A DNA stretch of 64,000 nt from Octopus bimaculoides (taxonomy: Eukaryota). A model generated the notes under the pieces. The model made no database searches. It was not told where the DNA came from and worked only from the letters and a program-made list of their open reading frames with translations. The position numbers and the translations under genes were made by a program. Location: contig NC_068981.1 of the NCBI RefSeq assembly GCF_001194135.2, positions 28,412,755 through 28,476,754 of the forward strand. Reading direction: 5' to 3'. Below are positions 27,430-40,687 of this stretch, piece after piece. How positions within the stretch are numbered: the stretch's first letter is position 1; every line of letters starts with the position of its first letter.

Positions 27430-27858
27430 GTTTCAAGTTTTCATACATGGCCAGAAATTTTGATGGAAACGGCTAAGTCGATTACATCGACCCCAGCACT
27501 GAAGTACTTATTTTATCGACCCTAAAAGGTAAAGTCGACTACAGTGGAAATTGAACTTAAAATGTAAAGGCAGTTGAAATGCTGCTAAGCATTTTGTCCG
27601 GCGTGTTATCGATTCTCCTGGCTCACCGCCTTTCTTTAATATTCAAAAATAATAACGTGCTGCAAATGTTGAAACAATTTTAGGAGATGTTAGCCGACTA
27701 CATCGATCCTAGAACTTGAATGGCACTTAATTTTCGTGACCCTGTTCTCACAGAAGTCGAAGGACATCGGTGCGATTTGAACTCATAGCTTAAATAACAG
27801 GAAAATATCTCGCAAAGTATTTGACTTAACGCTCTAAACATTCTGCCACTCCACTACC
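27430..27858 (-). mobile_element. Two tandem family A SINEs (27430-27632, 27660-27858)
   Basis: Both match the family on the reverse strand; the first ends GATTCTCCTGGCTCACCGCC. Confidence 0.75.
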
Positions 27859-28937
27859 CTTAATAATTATTAATGATTATTATTATTGTCATTTCTTTTA
27901 TTGGCCACAAGGGGTGATAATAATAATGAAGATATTGATATACGAGGGAGTTTAGTTTAACAATAGGCAGCAATAGTAACAAAAATTAAGTCCCTTGGTG
28001 AGATAGTTAATCCCTGAAGTGCCTGTATTGTATTTGGCATGTACCAACACTTGTCTCGCTGCACATGTACACACTTCTTCAGTTCTCACGCTCTCCAGAG
28101 CATTCATAAGTCAATACATTTGATCAAATGATGGTTATGGTTGGGTTGCATGAAGGATCTGGGCACAAACAAAGCTTGTATGCATTTACACACGCAGACG
28201 CAGACGCACACACACGCGCGCGAGTGTGGTGTTTGTGACTAAGTTTGTGTGAATGGAAATGGTTACATATTTATGTGAGTTTATACGCTGTTGTGCATAC
28301 GTGATACTCATTTCTTATAAACATAGTTTTCTCTGCATGTCTTTGTGAATACAAGTATCTCATCGCATATCAGAATGTTTGTATATATGTATATTAGGAT
28401 TAGATCCCCCCCTCTGTCTTTCTCTCTCTGTATACACACACACAAATTTGTGTATATGTATTCGTATGCATGTTGTCGTCTGCGCGTCTTTCTCTATGTT
28501 AACGGAATAAAGAGATTGTTTGTTCTAATAAAATATCAATATTTCTGTATACCATTGTGTTATTGATTTTATAAACCGTTTCTTAATTAGTCTTCAAGTG
28601 TATTTAGAAACCAAATTTAAGTGATATATTTGCATATATTGCTTGAGGGCTTATCTAGTTTCCGTGTCTGTGTGTTTGTATACACATTAATCTGCTGATC
28701 CGCATGTTTTATAAATATTTCGACACATCTCTCCTACACTTTCTTTCTAGTTAAGTATATTTCAACACACAGGATTTTGTACTTAAAAACTTCTCTGTCA
28801 AAACTAATATAGTGCATATTATCTCTAAAAAAAAGATAACTTCCAAGTTTCATCAGACACTCAGATAATATATTTAATAATATATCATCCGAAATTCCAT
28901 TTTCCGAAAACATTTCTGCTTTTTAAAATCATCATTA

Positions 28938-29306
28938 TTATTACTTCCGCCTTAGCGAAGGTGGAGGTACTGTTTTCAATCGTGTTTGTTTGTTTGTTTG
29001 TCCGTGGACAAGATATCTCAAGAACCGCTGGATGGATTCGAATGAAACTTTCAAGGATGTTTGGCTTCGTGGCTGGCACGAACTGATTAGATTTTGGGAT
29101 CAATTTGATACCGGACACGGATTCTGGATTATTTTTCTTGTTCTTTTACTTAAATTTTCTGAGCAGTCGATTTCATTTTTAATATTCTCGTTTGTGAGGG
29201 CAGTTGAGTTTATTTCAGATATTCTCATTTTAAAAGTCATCTCTTGCTAATTGTTGAGAGGACGTTGGTGTTGCCTTGGCGGAGGTTGAGCTCTCTGAAT
29301 GCTCTT
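28938..29306 (+). mobile_element. Non-autonomous Helentron-associated element (DINE-1/HINE-like architecture)
   Basis: 5' subterminal repeat ACTTCCGCCTT (28943-53) with an adjacent inverted copy AAGGTGGAGGT (28958-68); (GTTT)4GTCC microsatellite (28984-29003); 3' subterminal inverted repeat GGCGGAGGT (29278-86); 3' hairpin GAGC-n9-GCTC (29288-304) followed by TT. Confidence 0.75.
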
Positions 29307-29372
29307 GTTGTTGTTGTTGTTGTTGTTCTTCTTCTTCTTCTTCTTCTTCTTCTTCTTCTTCTTCTTCTTCTT

Positions 29373-29442
<70 letters not shown>
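29305..29442. repeat. Compound trinucleotide microsatellite (GTT)n-(CTT)n-(ATT)n
   Basis: Read directly from the sequence. Confidence 0.95.
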
Positions 29443-29443
<1 letters not shown>

Positions 29444-30053
29444 GGCAAGGAACTGGCAGAATCGCTACAACGCCTGGCGAGATGCTTTGCGGTATAGCGT
29501 CTGCTTGTACGTTCTAAGTTCAAATTCCGCCGAGGTTGACCTTGCCTTTCAACTTTTCGGGGTCGATCAATTAAGTACTAGTCACACACTGGAGTCGATG
29601 TAATCGATTAGCATCCCCGCTCAAAAAAAAAAAAAAATAATAATAATAATTGAGGCCTTGTGCTTCCAGTAAAAAGGATTATTATTATCATTTATAGTTG
29701 ACTAAAATCCCAAACGAAGATCAAGTATCAATATCATTTCTCCTTCTAAAATACATCTCGCTGAAATATTGCTTTCAAACTTCAACACAAGGCCCGCAAT
29801 TTCGGTGAAGCTGGTAAGTCGATAAAAGGCCAAGTTGACTTCGGCGGAAACGTTTCTGAAACACTGATTTGAAATTTTTGCAAAAGGCCAGCAATTTTTC
29901 GGGGGTAGGGTAAGCCAACTACCTTGACTCCATTGCTCTTCGTGTACTTATTTTATTGACCCTGGAGGATTAAAGGCAACGTCGACCCCGGTCGGAAGAA
30001 ACTCTCTAAGCATTTTGTCCGACGCGGTAAAGATTCTGCCAGCTCGCTACCTT
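29443..30053. mobile_element. Family A SINEs: + 29443-29690, partial - 29772-29850, - 29865-30053
   Basis: The plus copy has clear A and B boxes. The last minus copy ends GATTCTGCCAGCTCGCTACC. Confidence 0.75.
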
Positions 30054-31029
30054 ATTTCCCTGAAATATTAATGTATATTATTAAGACTATTTTTTCTGTC
30101 GTTCCCTTTCAACCACCAAAATATAAGGAGATTAAACACTATAGAAAAACACCACGTTGTCACGCACAATTATAAATCGATGCAAACTCTATGGATTCCT
30201 TAAATACTTCGTTGGATATATAATTTTATACTAATATTATTATGCATTGACTGGTGTTGCTTTCATTTCTATCAATCATAAATTTACTATTACTCTTAGT
30301 ACTATTGTTAATAATAAAAAGAACATATTCTCTTATAAAAAGAACATATTCCCTCCATAGCACCACGATCCTCATCTTATACACACTCACACACACATAT
30401 ATATCTGTGTGTGTGTGTGTATTCCTTTTAATTTCATCCTTTATTCAAACATCACATTTCTTATCTGTTCCATCATTCTTTATTCTTTCTTTGATTGTTC
30501 TTTTTATGTTTTATCACTCTTCTAATATTGTTCTTTTTTTTCTCTTTTATTTACCTCTATTTCTATATTGTCCCTTGTTGACCTTTACAAACCTTATCAC
30601 AACACACTTATTTGCCCCATAATTCTTGTTTATGTTCTTAACCTTTTAGATCTCTCGCACTTCAAGTGAAAAAAAAAAACAAAAAACAGTCTGTATTTTT
30701 TTCCAACACATCTTTACCAGCTTTCTTTTTTTTTCACCATCTTTACTCTTCCTTTCTCTACTCTCCTCATTCAATCCATCACTTACTCTCCTCTTTTACT
30801 GTCTGTTTCTCCACTTTTCACAGTGAATCCATGTCTTACTCTCTTCTCAGAATCTGCTTTTATCCACGTTTTCTTATCAATTCATTTCATTACACTCCTT
30901 CATTCTATACACTTATACGACCAATGCAAACGCTGACCGAAACACAAACGTACTTGCTGTTTGGATTTATGAACGAGAGAGAGAGAGAGAGAGACAATTA
31001 CTCAGCATATACATTAGATCGACATTTGT

Positions 31030-31087
31030 CTTTTTTTTCTTTTTCTTGTTTCAGTCATAGGGATGCGGCTATGCTGGTGCATCGCTT
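31030..31087 (-). mobile_element. SINE family B 3'-end fragment (a similar one lies at ~7020-7085)
   Basis: TTGTTTCAGTCATAGGGATGCGGCTATGCTGGTGCATCGC matches TTGTTTCAGTCATTTGACTGCGGCCATGCTGGAGCACCGC. Confidence 0.6.
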
Positions 31088-32923
31088 TGTTTCTTTCTAG
31101 TTTAGTTGCTGTTGAAACCTGCTGCTATGCTCAGCTACTTCGTATAGTTACTCTCTTTTGATTTCCTTACGACTAATATACATTCATACATANNNNNNNN
31201 NNNNNNNNNNNNNNNNNNNNNNNNNNNNNNNNNNNNNNNNNNNNNNNNNNNNNNNNNNNNNNNNNNNNNNNNNNNNNNNNNNNNNNNNNNNNNNNNNNNN
31301 NNNNNNNNNNNNNNNNNNNNNNNNNNNNNNNNNNNNNNNNNNNNNNNNNNNNNNNNNNNNNNNNNNNNNNNNNNNNNNNNNNNNNNNNNNNNNNNNNNNN
31401 NNNNNNNNNNNNNNNNNNNNNNNNNNNNNNNNNNNNNNNNNNNNNNNNNNNNNNNNNNNNNNNNNNNNNNNNNNNNNNNNNNNNNNNNNNNNNNNNNNNN
31501 NNNNNNNNNNNNNNNNNNNNNNNNNNNNNNNNNNNNNNNNNNNNNNNNNNNNNNNNNNNNNNNNNNNNNNNNNNNNNNNNNNNNNNNNNNNNNNNNNNNN
31601 NNNNNNNNNNNNNNNNNNNNNNNNNNNNNNNNNNNNNNNNNNNNNNNNNNNNNNNNNNNNNNNNNNNNNNNNNNNNNNNNNNNNNNNNNNNNNNNNNNNN
31701 NNNNNNNNNNNNNNNNNNNNNNNNNNNNNNNNNNNNNNNNNNNNNNNNNNNNNNNNNNNNNNNNNNNNNNNNNNNNNNNNNNNNNNNNNNNNNNNNNNNN
31801 NNNNNNNNNNNNNNNNNNNNNNNNNNNNNNNNNNNNNNNNNNNNNNNNNNNNNNNNNNNNNNNNNNNNNNNNNNNNNNNNNNNNNNNNNNNNNNNNNNNN
31901 NNNNNNNNNNNNNNNNNNNNNNNNNNNNNNNNNNNNNNNNNNNNNNNNNNNNNNNNNNNNNNNNNNNNNNNNNNNNNNNNNNNNNNNNNNNNNNNNNNNN
32001 NNNNNNNNNNNNNNNNNNNNNNNNNNNNNNNNNNNNNNNNNNNNNNNNNNNNTATATATATATATATATATATGAGATTCAAACTTTCATACATGTAAAA
32101 TCACGTATACCTTTATTACGAATGTGTATATATACAAACAAGATATTGTGTGTATGTGCGTGTCTGTGTGTGCGCGCGTGTGTATGAGCATGTAAATGTA
32201 TGATTTGTAAAATTATGAATGGGGTGTGAGGTGATGTTTGTATATGGTCGTCTTTACGAAAAAAATGTGTACTCAATACATGATTCAGAGTTCATATTTA
32301 TTTCTATACAACTGATGATGCACATTGCATACGAGTGCAGTTTTTCGTGTAATTCGTGTAATTAATACACGTACACTTACATACGCACGTTTGAATACAC
32401 ACACACATGTTTACATATATGCACTCACACAAATACATTTGTAGGGACAAACTAAAGAAAGTGTACTCAATAACATGCTACGTGCTAAATTATTTATTAC
32501 ATAATTTTAGTTGTACTAATGGTTTTGGAACACCACCAGGAAGGGAAGATTTTTCTGCGTGTATTCAACAGAAGCTTTATCTCCAAGATAAAACTTTTTG
32601 CAGCTTTCTGCAAAGAAGAAAAAGTACTCAATGCTGGTTGTCTCATCTAGATCTAGACCTATGCCTTGTAATGAACGTCATATATGTGTGTATCCATGGA
32701 AATGCATGAATTCAATAGATTTATACGTATACTTACATACACAAACACACACATATTCTAGAAAATACAATCCATATTATGGGATTATCATACGTAAATT
32801 TGAAAACACACTGCAACAACTGATTGTGGATGTGACATGTATTCTTCAAAATTATGTATATGTAGAAAGTTTTTGTGTGTGCGTGTGTATGTGTGTGGTG
32901 CGCACACTCATATATATATATAT

Positions 32924-33042
32924 GGGTAGAATTCACAAAAAAAAAGACGAAGACAGGTGGCGTAGACAACAAACAGATGTATTAGTTTAACGCTCGGGAA
33001 GTGAAAAAGTTTCGAGCCTATGCTATTCCACACAAAGGGAAT
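32924..33042 (-). mobile_element. Repeat family F copy (degenerate; deletion through the GTC site) between (TA)n tracts
   Basis: Reverse complement reads ...GGAATAGCATAGGCTCGAAACTTTTTCACTTCCCGAGCGTTAAACTAATACATCTGTTTGTTGTCTACGCCACCTGTCTTCGTC..., homologous to 45901-46030. Confidence 0.65.
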
Positions 33043-33250
33043 ATATATANNNNNNNNNNNNNNNNNNNNNNNNNNNNNNNNNNNNNNNNNNNNNNNNNNN
33101 NNNNNNNNNNNNNNNNNNNNNNNNNNNNNNNNNNNNNNNNNNNNNNNNNNNNNNNNNNNNNNNNNNNNNNNNNNNNNNNNNNNNNNNNNNNNNNNNNNNN
33201 NNNNNNNNNNNNNNNNNNNNNNNNATATATATATATATATATATATATAC

Positions 33251-33735
33251 AGTTAAAATAAGCCACAAATCACTGAAAAACTTGATAAATGCAAAGCTAT
33301 ACACAAAAACGAAACCAATAGTTAAAATGTGCGGACGTTGAAATTAAACTGTGGAAGCTGTCCCACCCTACTGGAAGGTTCGGAATTCCACTTCAATCAA
33401 GGAGAGATATTCACAATTGAGACCAATTTCTTTTGAGCATCCGGGAAGTTAATTTATGTTACAACTTGTTCAGGTTGAAAACATAACTATATAGGCCAAA
33501 CCAGTGTGTCAATTAGAGAAAGTACTACTACTCTGCATAAGGAACAGATCCGTCATCAAAGGTATAAACAGATGCTTTTAGTGAACATATAGAGAGATGT
33601 GCAGGGAATCTCCAACCAAACTTCACGGTTTTCCCCATCTACCAGTGCAAAGAAACAATTTCTGTACAAGAATGATTAAATAATGAGAATATATTTATCG
33701 AAAAATACAAAACATGCCTAAATATGAACGCATAG
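33251..33735 (+). mobile_element. Decayed Penelope-like element ORF 3' end (GIY-YIG endonuclease)
   Basis: Reconstructed across two frameshifts and internal stops: KSLKNLINAKL..PIVKMCGR / NCGSCPTLLEGSEFHF...ASGKLIYVTTCSG*KHNYIGQT..SIRE..TLHKEQIR / SEHIERCAGNLQPNFTVFPIYQC...ENIFIEKYKTCLNMNA*. The LIY (33449-57) and YIG (33488-96) motifs, a CxxC-containing linker and a terminal LN motif are typical of Penelope endonucleases. Confidence 0.85.
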
Positions 33736-33970
33736 CCAACTTTGGTTTCATTAAGTATTTTAATTTATGATCGCATATCCATTGCTACATATTTTATCTC
33801 AGTACTTTAACTCCTGGGTTTATGTAAATTTATTCCACCAAATAAATGTTCAATTACCTCCCCTGTCCCGAATGATAACAACCACCAATTATCCTTCCTT
33901 AGATTTTTCCACATTCTGATCCATTTACAAACTCTCATACAAGGACATGGACTAAAAACTCCTTGAATTA

Positions 33971-34283
33971 TTTTAGTCGAATTAATCGATACCGGGACTT
34001 ATTTTTTAAGCCTGGTACTTATTGTCTTTCGCCGAACCTCTAAGTTACGGGGACGTAAACACACCAACACCGGTTGTCAAGTGTTGTAAGGGTGTACAAA
34101 CACAGATACAAAGACACACATACATAGATATGTATACATATATATACGACGGGTTTCTTTCAGTTTCCGTCTACCAAATCCACTCACAAGGCTTTGGTCG
34201 GCCCGTGGCTATAGTAGAAGACACTTGTCACGCAGTGGGACTGAATTTGAAACCATGTGGTTGGGAAGCGAGCTTCTTTCCAC
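33971..34283 (-). mobile_element. SINE family B copy, truncated at the 3' end, inserted downstream of the Penelope relic
   Basis: Collinear with 12480-12835. Confidence 0.8.
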
Positions 34284-34705
34284 GTCATACATGATTCCAT
34301 ATTGGCGTATACTCATGCCTTTAGAAGTACGAGTTTCTTTTAGTGTACAGACATGAAAATAGCTATAACCTCATGTCTACATGTGTATGGTATGTAATTT
34401 ATGCAACATTCACAAACTACCATACGAATGAGTTTTCAAATTTTTATGTATTGTAAGCGCCTGACACCAAGGATGATTTCCAGAACTTTTATGTGCTTAC
34501 TCTGCAAAAAACTTTTACCATTTGCTTTATGCTTTGATGAGTATTTGATAGAAATGTGTAAGTCCATTGAGTAACTAGTATAGCATTCTCAGTTAATAAT
34601 ATATTTATATATATTCATTTTATTTTATACATTTACACATACTCTTATTTACATCTTGAATAGGCTGTCTCCCGTTTGTGAATTAAAACGCATCCACCGA
34701 CATCT

Positions 34706-34750
<45 letters not shown>

Positions 34751-34920
34751 CGCGCGCGCATGAGTGTGTATATATGTGTAGGTCTGTTAAAAAGTAAATA
34801 TACAAGGGAATACAATTGTAGGAGGAGCTTTAACTCATGTGGAATAATAAAAGGTTTGAAAATACAGAGTAAGTTAGCTGAGCGTAGATTATTTAAATGT
34901 GTATATACATACACACACAC

Positions 34921-34959
<39 letters not shown>

Positions 34960-35960
34960 TGCACACACATACACACACCCACCCACCCACACATANNNNN
35001 NNNNNNNNNNNNNNNNNNNNNNNNNNNNNNNNNNNNNNNNNNNNNNNNNNNNNNNNNNNNNNNNNNNNNNNNNNNNNNNNNNNNNNNNNNNNNNNNNNNN
35101 NNNNNNNNNNNNNNNNNNNNNNNNNNNNNNNNNNNNNNNNNNNNNNNNNNNNNNNNNNNNNNNNNNNNNNNNNNNNNNNNNNNNNNNNNNNNNNNNNNNN
35201 NNNNNNNNATATATATATATATATATAAACTTACAGTGAATTAATGAAGCAAGGGGGATAGTTGTTGAATTATATACCTACACACAAAAAGCATGTGTGT
35301 GTGTGTGTGGATGCGTGCGTGCGTGCGCGCGCGTGTGTGTATGTGTGTATAGACACAGAGAGGCGTGTATATTATGGGTAAGTAATATTCAACAGCTATC
35401 CTAGTTGCTTCATTAGTTCACTTTAATTCTATTTACTATTGTCCCAAAAGTTCTACATTTTGACACCTTTGTTGTTGTTGTTTATTCGTTATATTTATTA
35501 TTACTAGCATTGTCGTTGTTATTACTAACGCCCAATATTTATTTTTATATTCATTTGTTTATTTTTATTTTTTATTTTTTTCCTTCTTAGATTTTCATCT
35601 TTTCTGAATCTAACTTTTCCATCACAATGTTCCTCTTTTTTCGTCACATACTGATAATTGCATATAAACTCACTCTGTAACACAGACACACACACAGACA
35701 CACACAGACACACACACAGAAACATACATACACGAAATATATACACAGAGATACAATAAAATATATTAACAGAGAAGCAATCAAATCTTGCGTATATAGA
35801 CATAGTTTTATATGCACTTTCCTTAACGCTTACACATGCAGCTGATACATACACTTAATAAGTCCATACATATTACACACTAGCACAGACACACAAGCAT
35901 AGACATAGATGATTGTGGTTGTGACATACCGCCCGCTCAAATATATTGACACCCACGAGC

Positions 35961-36163
35961 CAACTCGGTAATCTCTACGTGGTCACTCAATATGTTGGAA
36001 ATAACAGCCAAAGTTTCCTTCAACCCAGACCAGATTTTCTCTGAAAACTTGAGTTAGGATAATATGACCCTGGCTATCCTGCTCACAGAACATATGTTTG
36101 ATGGTCACAGTGGGATTTCCTTTGATCCTGTGTGTACTTGATCAAGGTTAACCTGGGGCTAAA
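35961..36163 (+). mobile_element. Unclassified interspersed repeat family D (other copies ~20612-20726, 21019-21139, 40412-40567)
   Basis: Shared motifs (G/C)TAGAAATA(G/A)CAGCCAAA, GGATAAT and TTGATCA..G.T(G/A)ACCTGGG(G/T)CTAAA; the 21139 copy ends in CAACAAC. Confidence 0.6.
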
Positions 36164-36338
36164 TGAAAATGTATGTACACAAGCGCACATGTCCAGACCA
36201 CCCCTCTTTCTCTCTCTCTCTTTCTCTTTCTCTCTCTCTTTCTCTTTCTCTCTGCCTCACACAAACATTTATAACGACTTCCTTGTTTTTCTTTTTTATT
36301 CATATTTCGGTAAACACATTTGTACAAATGGAACTATA

Positions 36339-36488
36339 GGTAGCGATTTGGCAGTGTCGTTAGAGCATCGGATACAAGGCTTCACAATGCTTCGCAGTAA
36401 TGATTAGACTCACTGCATCCTGAGTTCATATCCTCCCGAAGTTAATCTGTCTTTCATCCTTTCGGGGTTGATTAAAGAAAAGAAACCC
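36339..36488 (+). mobile_element. SINE family A copy (3'-truncated)
   Basis: TTGGCAGTGTCGTTAGAGC...CTGAGTTCATATCC...CTTTCATCCTTTCGGGGTTGAT. Confidence 0.65.
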
Positions 36489-37521
36489 ATTATATTAATC
36501 TATAGAATTGTATATTGCATGCCATGCAGTATGTGTTCTGGTACTTTGATTTTTAATTTCAAATCTTATCATGGCCTACTTTGGCAGCAGACTTAATCCA
36601 TAGCCTTTTTAAGACCGCCACCTGACATCTTGGGGACTTTTCACAATCCATTCTCTTGCGAACATTCCAGCAAGATCTCTGGTTTGAGGACACTTTCCTC
36701 TGGTTCACCAGTCTCAGAAAGCCTGTAAAAGATTATGCACTCTAACTTTACTCTTGACCAAAAGCTTAAAAATGTACGCTTAGAAGACGGATATATTGGA
36801 TAATGTAATCTTAGATTAAGTATATAAGTAAAAAACGAAATGATCTATAAAAACACAAGCATGTCTGACTAATTGTACTAAGATGCTATCATGAATATGC
36901 ATAGATTGTTGAATAATGTAGCCAAAGGTATACGAGGTAAGAGACGGCCAATGGTGGAAAACAATTGATCATTGGTCTGTTCAGTTAGAACTACATGTAA
37001 ACTAAACAATAAAAAGAATCTTCGACAGACCAATATTATAATTAGGTTGGGAGTGTAGTGGAATACCAGCCTTATGTGTCTTTTAATCAAAATTATTTTT
37101 AAAAATGTTAAGTGCCTTTCCGAAAGACACTAATAATTCGACGGAGTTTAAATGGAATAAGCCACTGGATTTTGGATCAGCGGAAACTAATGATGGTTTG
37201 TGCCAGTAATTAGTGAGTAAAAACAGATCACATGCCGTAACAATTTGATTTACGTGACAAAGAGTAAAAGTCTAAAATTCAGTTGGTTTTCTTCTTCCGC
37301 AAGTGATGGTTTCTGATGGCACTAAATATAATATAACAGTACGACCATAATGTATAACTTTCTTCCAAAGGCTAGTGTCAGATACGTTAGACTTATCGTC
37401 TTTCTCGCTACAAGCCAAATTTTTCCACTAATTAATTATATATGCCGAAATGACTTGAGCTGTGAATTAAAACGAAACGGCAGTTTAAAATATATGCTTC
37501 TCCTTTTATTGTAAACATTGA

Positions 37522-37752
37522 TCTCAAATTTTAGCACAAGGCCAGCAAGTTCGGAGGGAAAGAGTAAGTCGATTACATCACCTCCCCCTCACACCAGTAT
37601 TTAACAGGTACTTATTTTATCAACCAAGAATGGATGAACTGATGAATTGTATTGTCGACTCCGGTGGGATTTGAGCACAAAATGTAAAGACGGACGAAAT
37701 GCCGCTAAGCATTTTTTTCCGGCGTGCTAACGATTCCGCTAGCTCGTCACTT
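37522..37752 (-). mobile_element. SINE family A copy
   Basis: GCACAAGGCCAGC...GTCGATTACATC...GTACTTATTTTATC...GCCGCTAAGCATTT...CGGCGTGCTAACGATTCCGCTAGCTCG. Confidence 0.85.
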
Positions 37753-37862
37753 TCGTTGTAAATATTGCCCACAGTCTTTTAAGTTCAGCTACTAAAGCAT
37801 AAAAATTGCATGGTTCATTAAGAGATCAAGCTGATCTCGATAGATACATACATACACACACA

Positions 37863-37893
<31 letters not shown>

Positions 37894-37940
37894 GCACGCA
37901 CGCACACACACACGCNNNNNNNNNNATACATACACACACA

Positions 37941-37988
<48 letters not shown>

Positions 37989-38733
37989 CAGCTACAAGCC
38001 ATTGAACGCAGACAGAAAATATGTAAGAGAATCCAGAAGTTATGCATGCTGTAGTTGCATATACGCGCATATAGATATGGAAGTATATGTATCTGTAGGA
38101 ATACGAGTACTTGTGTGTCACGTATACGTATGACAATACTTTAAGAAATATACAAAGCTACACTTACTATTCCACTTGTGCTTGCACACACGCATCTGAG
38201 CGCATACATATGCATATACATGCATGTTTACATGTATTGAGGCATACATACACACACGTCCACCCTGTTAAAGTTTACATTCACCATCGAGAAATCGGAT
38301 TGAGGAAATCAGATAACACACATTTTCGTATAATATATATGTATATATACTTGTATACATGCACTTATATATACATACGAAACACAGATGCATACTAGCA
38401 CACCAACAAACAAACACATGCGTATATATTAAATACAGAGATAATATAAACTGTATCGATTAGGCAGGAACTAACCTCTCGAAAGAGAGGACCCTGTCTT
38501 TGAAATAACTTAACTGACTGGCTGGCTAGTTGTTTTAGCGGAAATAGACTATTCACGTCGATTGTCCATTTCACTTGTGGTAACTTCCCAAGAAAAAAAT
38601 GAATAGAAGCACGAAGAGAAAGCAACAGAAAACGCGAAATTCGTTTCAAGCATTATTTCCGTTCCTGTCATCAAGGAATGATTGCAAAAATCCTTCAATT
38701 ACATATTGTTCTTGTATATTTTTTTGTCTTTGG

Positions 38734-38778
<45 letters not shown>

Positions 38779-38951
38779 NNNNNNNNNNNNNNNNNNNNNN
38801 NNNNNNNNNNNNNNNNNNNNNNNNNNNNNNNNNNNNNNNNNNNNNNNNNNNNNNNNNNNATATATGGGTATTTCCTGCCAGACCATCTGTGATCAGTAAA
38901 CTCCTATAAATTATCTCCTCCTTTCTTTTAAGCAACAAATTCATAGAAATA

Positions 38952-38992
<41 letters not shown>

Positions 38993-39447
38993 ATGTATGT
39001 ATTTATATGAACCGTTATAAAGTTCGTGTATTTTTATGGTTTTCTGCGCGAAAATATCAAAGGTATCCCCATTAAAAAGCAAGTAAGTGTGTGAATGTGT
39101 ATGTGTGTGTGCGTAAGTGTGTGTGCCTGTGTGTGTGTGTGCGTATGCATGTGTGCATGTGTATGTGTGCCTCTGTGTGTATGTATGTGTGTGTGCCTGT
39201 ATGCGCGTGTGCCTGTATGCGTGTGTGCCTGCGTTATATGTGCCTGTGTGTGTGTGTGCGTGAGCATGTGGTAAAATATACTATTAATCTGACACTTCCA
39301 CCTCGGCTTCACGTCCACGAAAGATCCCCACCGAATACACTCGAATTAACATCCGGCATCAAACAATTCTATGGATTTAACGATATCCGTACTAAAAAAA
39401 ATGATTAATAAAACAACGTACGCTCAGACCACAAACATGTGCACGCG

Positions 39448-39527
<80 letters not shown>

Positions 39528-40567
39528 ATACCGGTATTTTAAATATGAATATATAAGAACTTATAAAAGCTGGTAGAGCCGAGTGATTAAAAAGTATGTT
39601 CTGTAACTAGGTAGTCCCGAGTCTGCTTCTAGATCATTTGAGAAAGTCTGCTTAATTCTAGCCTTTAAGATGACAAATTCTTTGTTATCTCAAAGATGGA
39701 AACTATGCTTAAAGCCATCACATATCGTTCATACAGGTGTATGTATTTATATATGCATTTTGAAAAATGCCTCTTCCTTTTGAATTTAATATAAGCACCG
39801 ATGTAGAAACAGTGAAGACAAATACAACCTCCGATTGCTTTCTTGTTGCTTCAAATGTACATTGAAAATATGTCTTACCTTACGTATCTTAACTAATTTA
39901 CAATGTACTCGTATTATTTTTACATTCTGTTCGAGAGTGCTTCGGCTTGTTGCATCTAATATTTTGTACTTTATGTTATGTATTATATAATAAAAGGTGT
40001 CTGACTATCCTGTCTACTTTCTATATGTAAAGATAGCCAAGAACGCCTATTTCTATGTGGGATGTGGTCTGAGAGAGATTTGCTTGATATTTCTAGCAGA
40101 ATGCGTAACTACATACAGGCTCACTCTTGATTATTGCGTGACGTTGCCAAGCCCAAATCCGCTATTATTTCGAAATTTTCCAGCCGTAACCACCCAATAC
40201 ATCGAGTAGTATATTATTCAATGTGTTCTTCATTTCTTTACATCATTGAAGTTAAGATTTGTTTGCTATTTCTACAAGTCGAATGACCTTACAATAGCTC
40301 TCCTCGACCCATGTTATATTCCGTCTAAGAAATCATATTTCAATGATTAGCCTCACGTGTAATCGCACGATATCAATAAAGGGTTCTTCTGCTTTAGAGT
40401 GAAAGAGGGGACGGATCTTGTCTCTATATAGTTACTTGGCCTGCAAGAAATAGCAGTCATATCCCACATTGTTGTCTTCATAGAAGAAAGAACATATCTG
40501 ATAATCTCGTCCAAGAAACACTATATCTCAAATATTTTAAATGGCTAGTCACTGATGGATCATCCTT

Positions 40568-40687
40568 GATCAATACTGACCTTGGTTCAGTACTGATATT
40601 GGATCAGTACTAACCTTGGATCAGTACTGACCTTGGATCAGTACTGACCTTGGGCTAGTACTGACCTTGGATCAGTACTGATCTTTG
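40568..40687. repeat. Minisatellite: 7 tandem copies of a 17-bp unit GATCAGTACTGACCTTG
   Basis: Units start at 40568, 40585, 40602, 40619, 40636, 40653 and 40670, with 0-3 differences from consensus each. Confidence 0.95.

Noticed and set aside
30314-30355. 21-bp tandem duplication (ATAAAAAGAACATATTC...)
   Set aside because: Two-copy local slippage in AT-rich DNA with no further structure.
40568-40687. Palindromic direct repeats resembling a CRISPR array
   Set aside because: Units are contiguous with no spacers, only 17 bp long, in a eukaryotic context with no cas genes.
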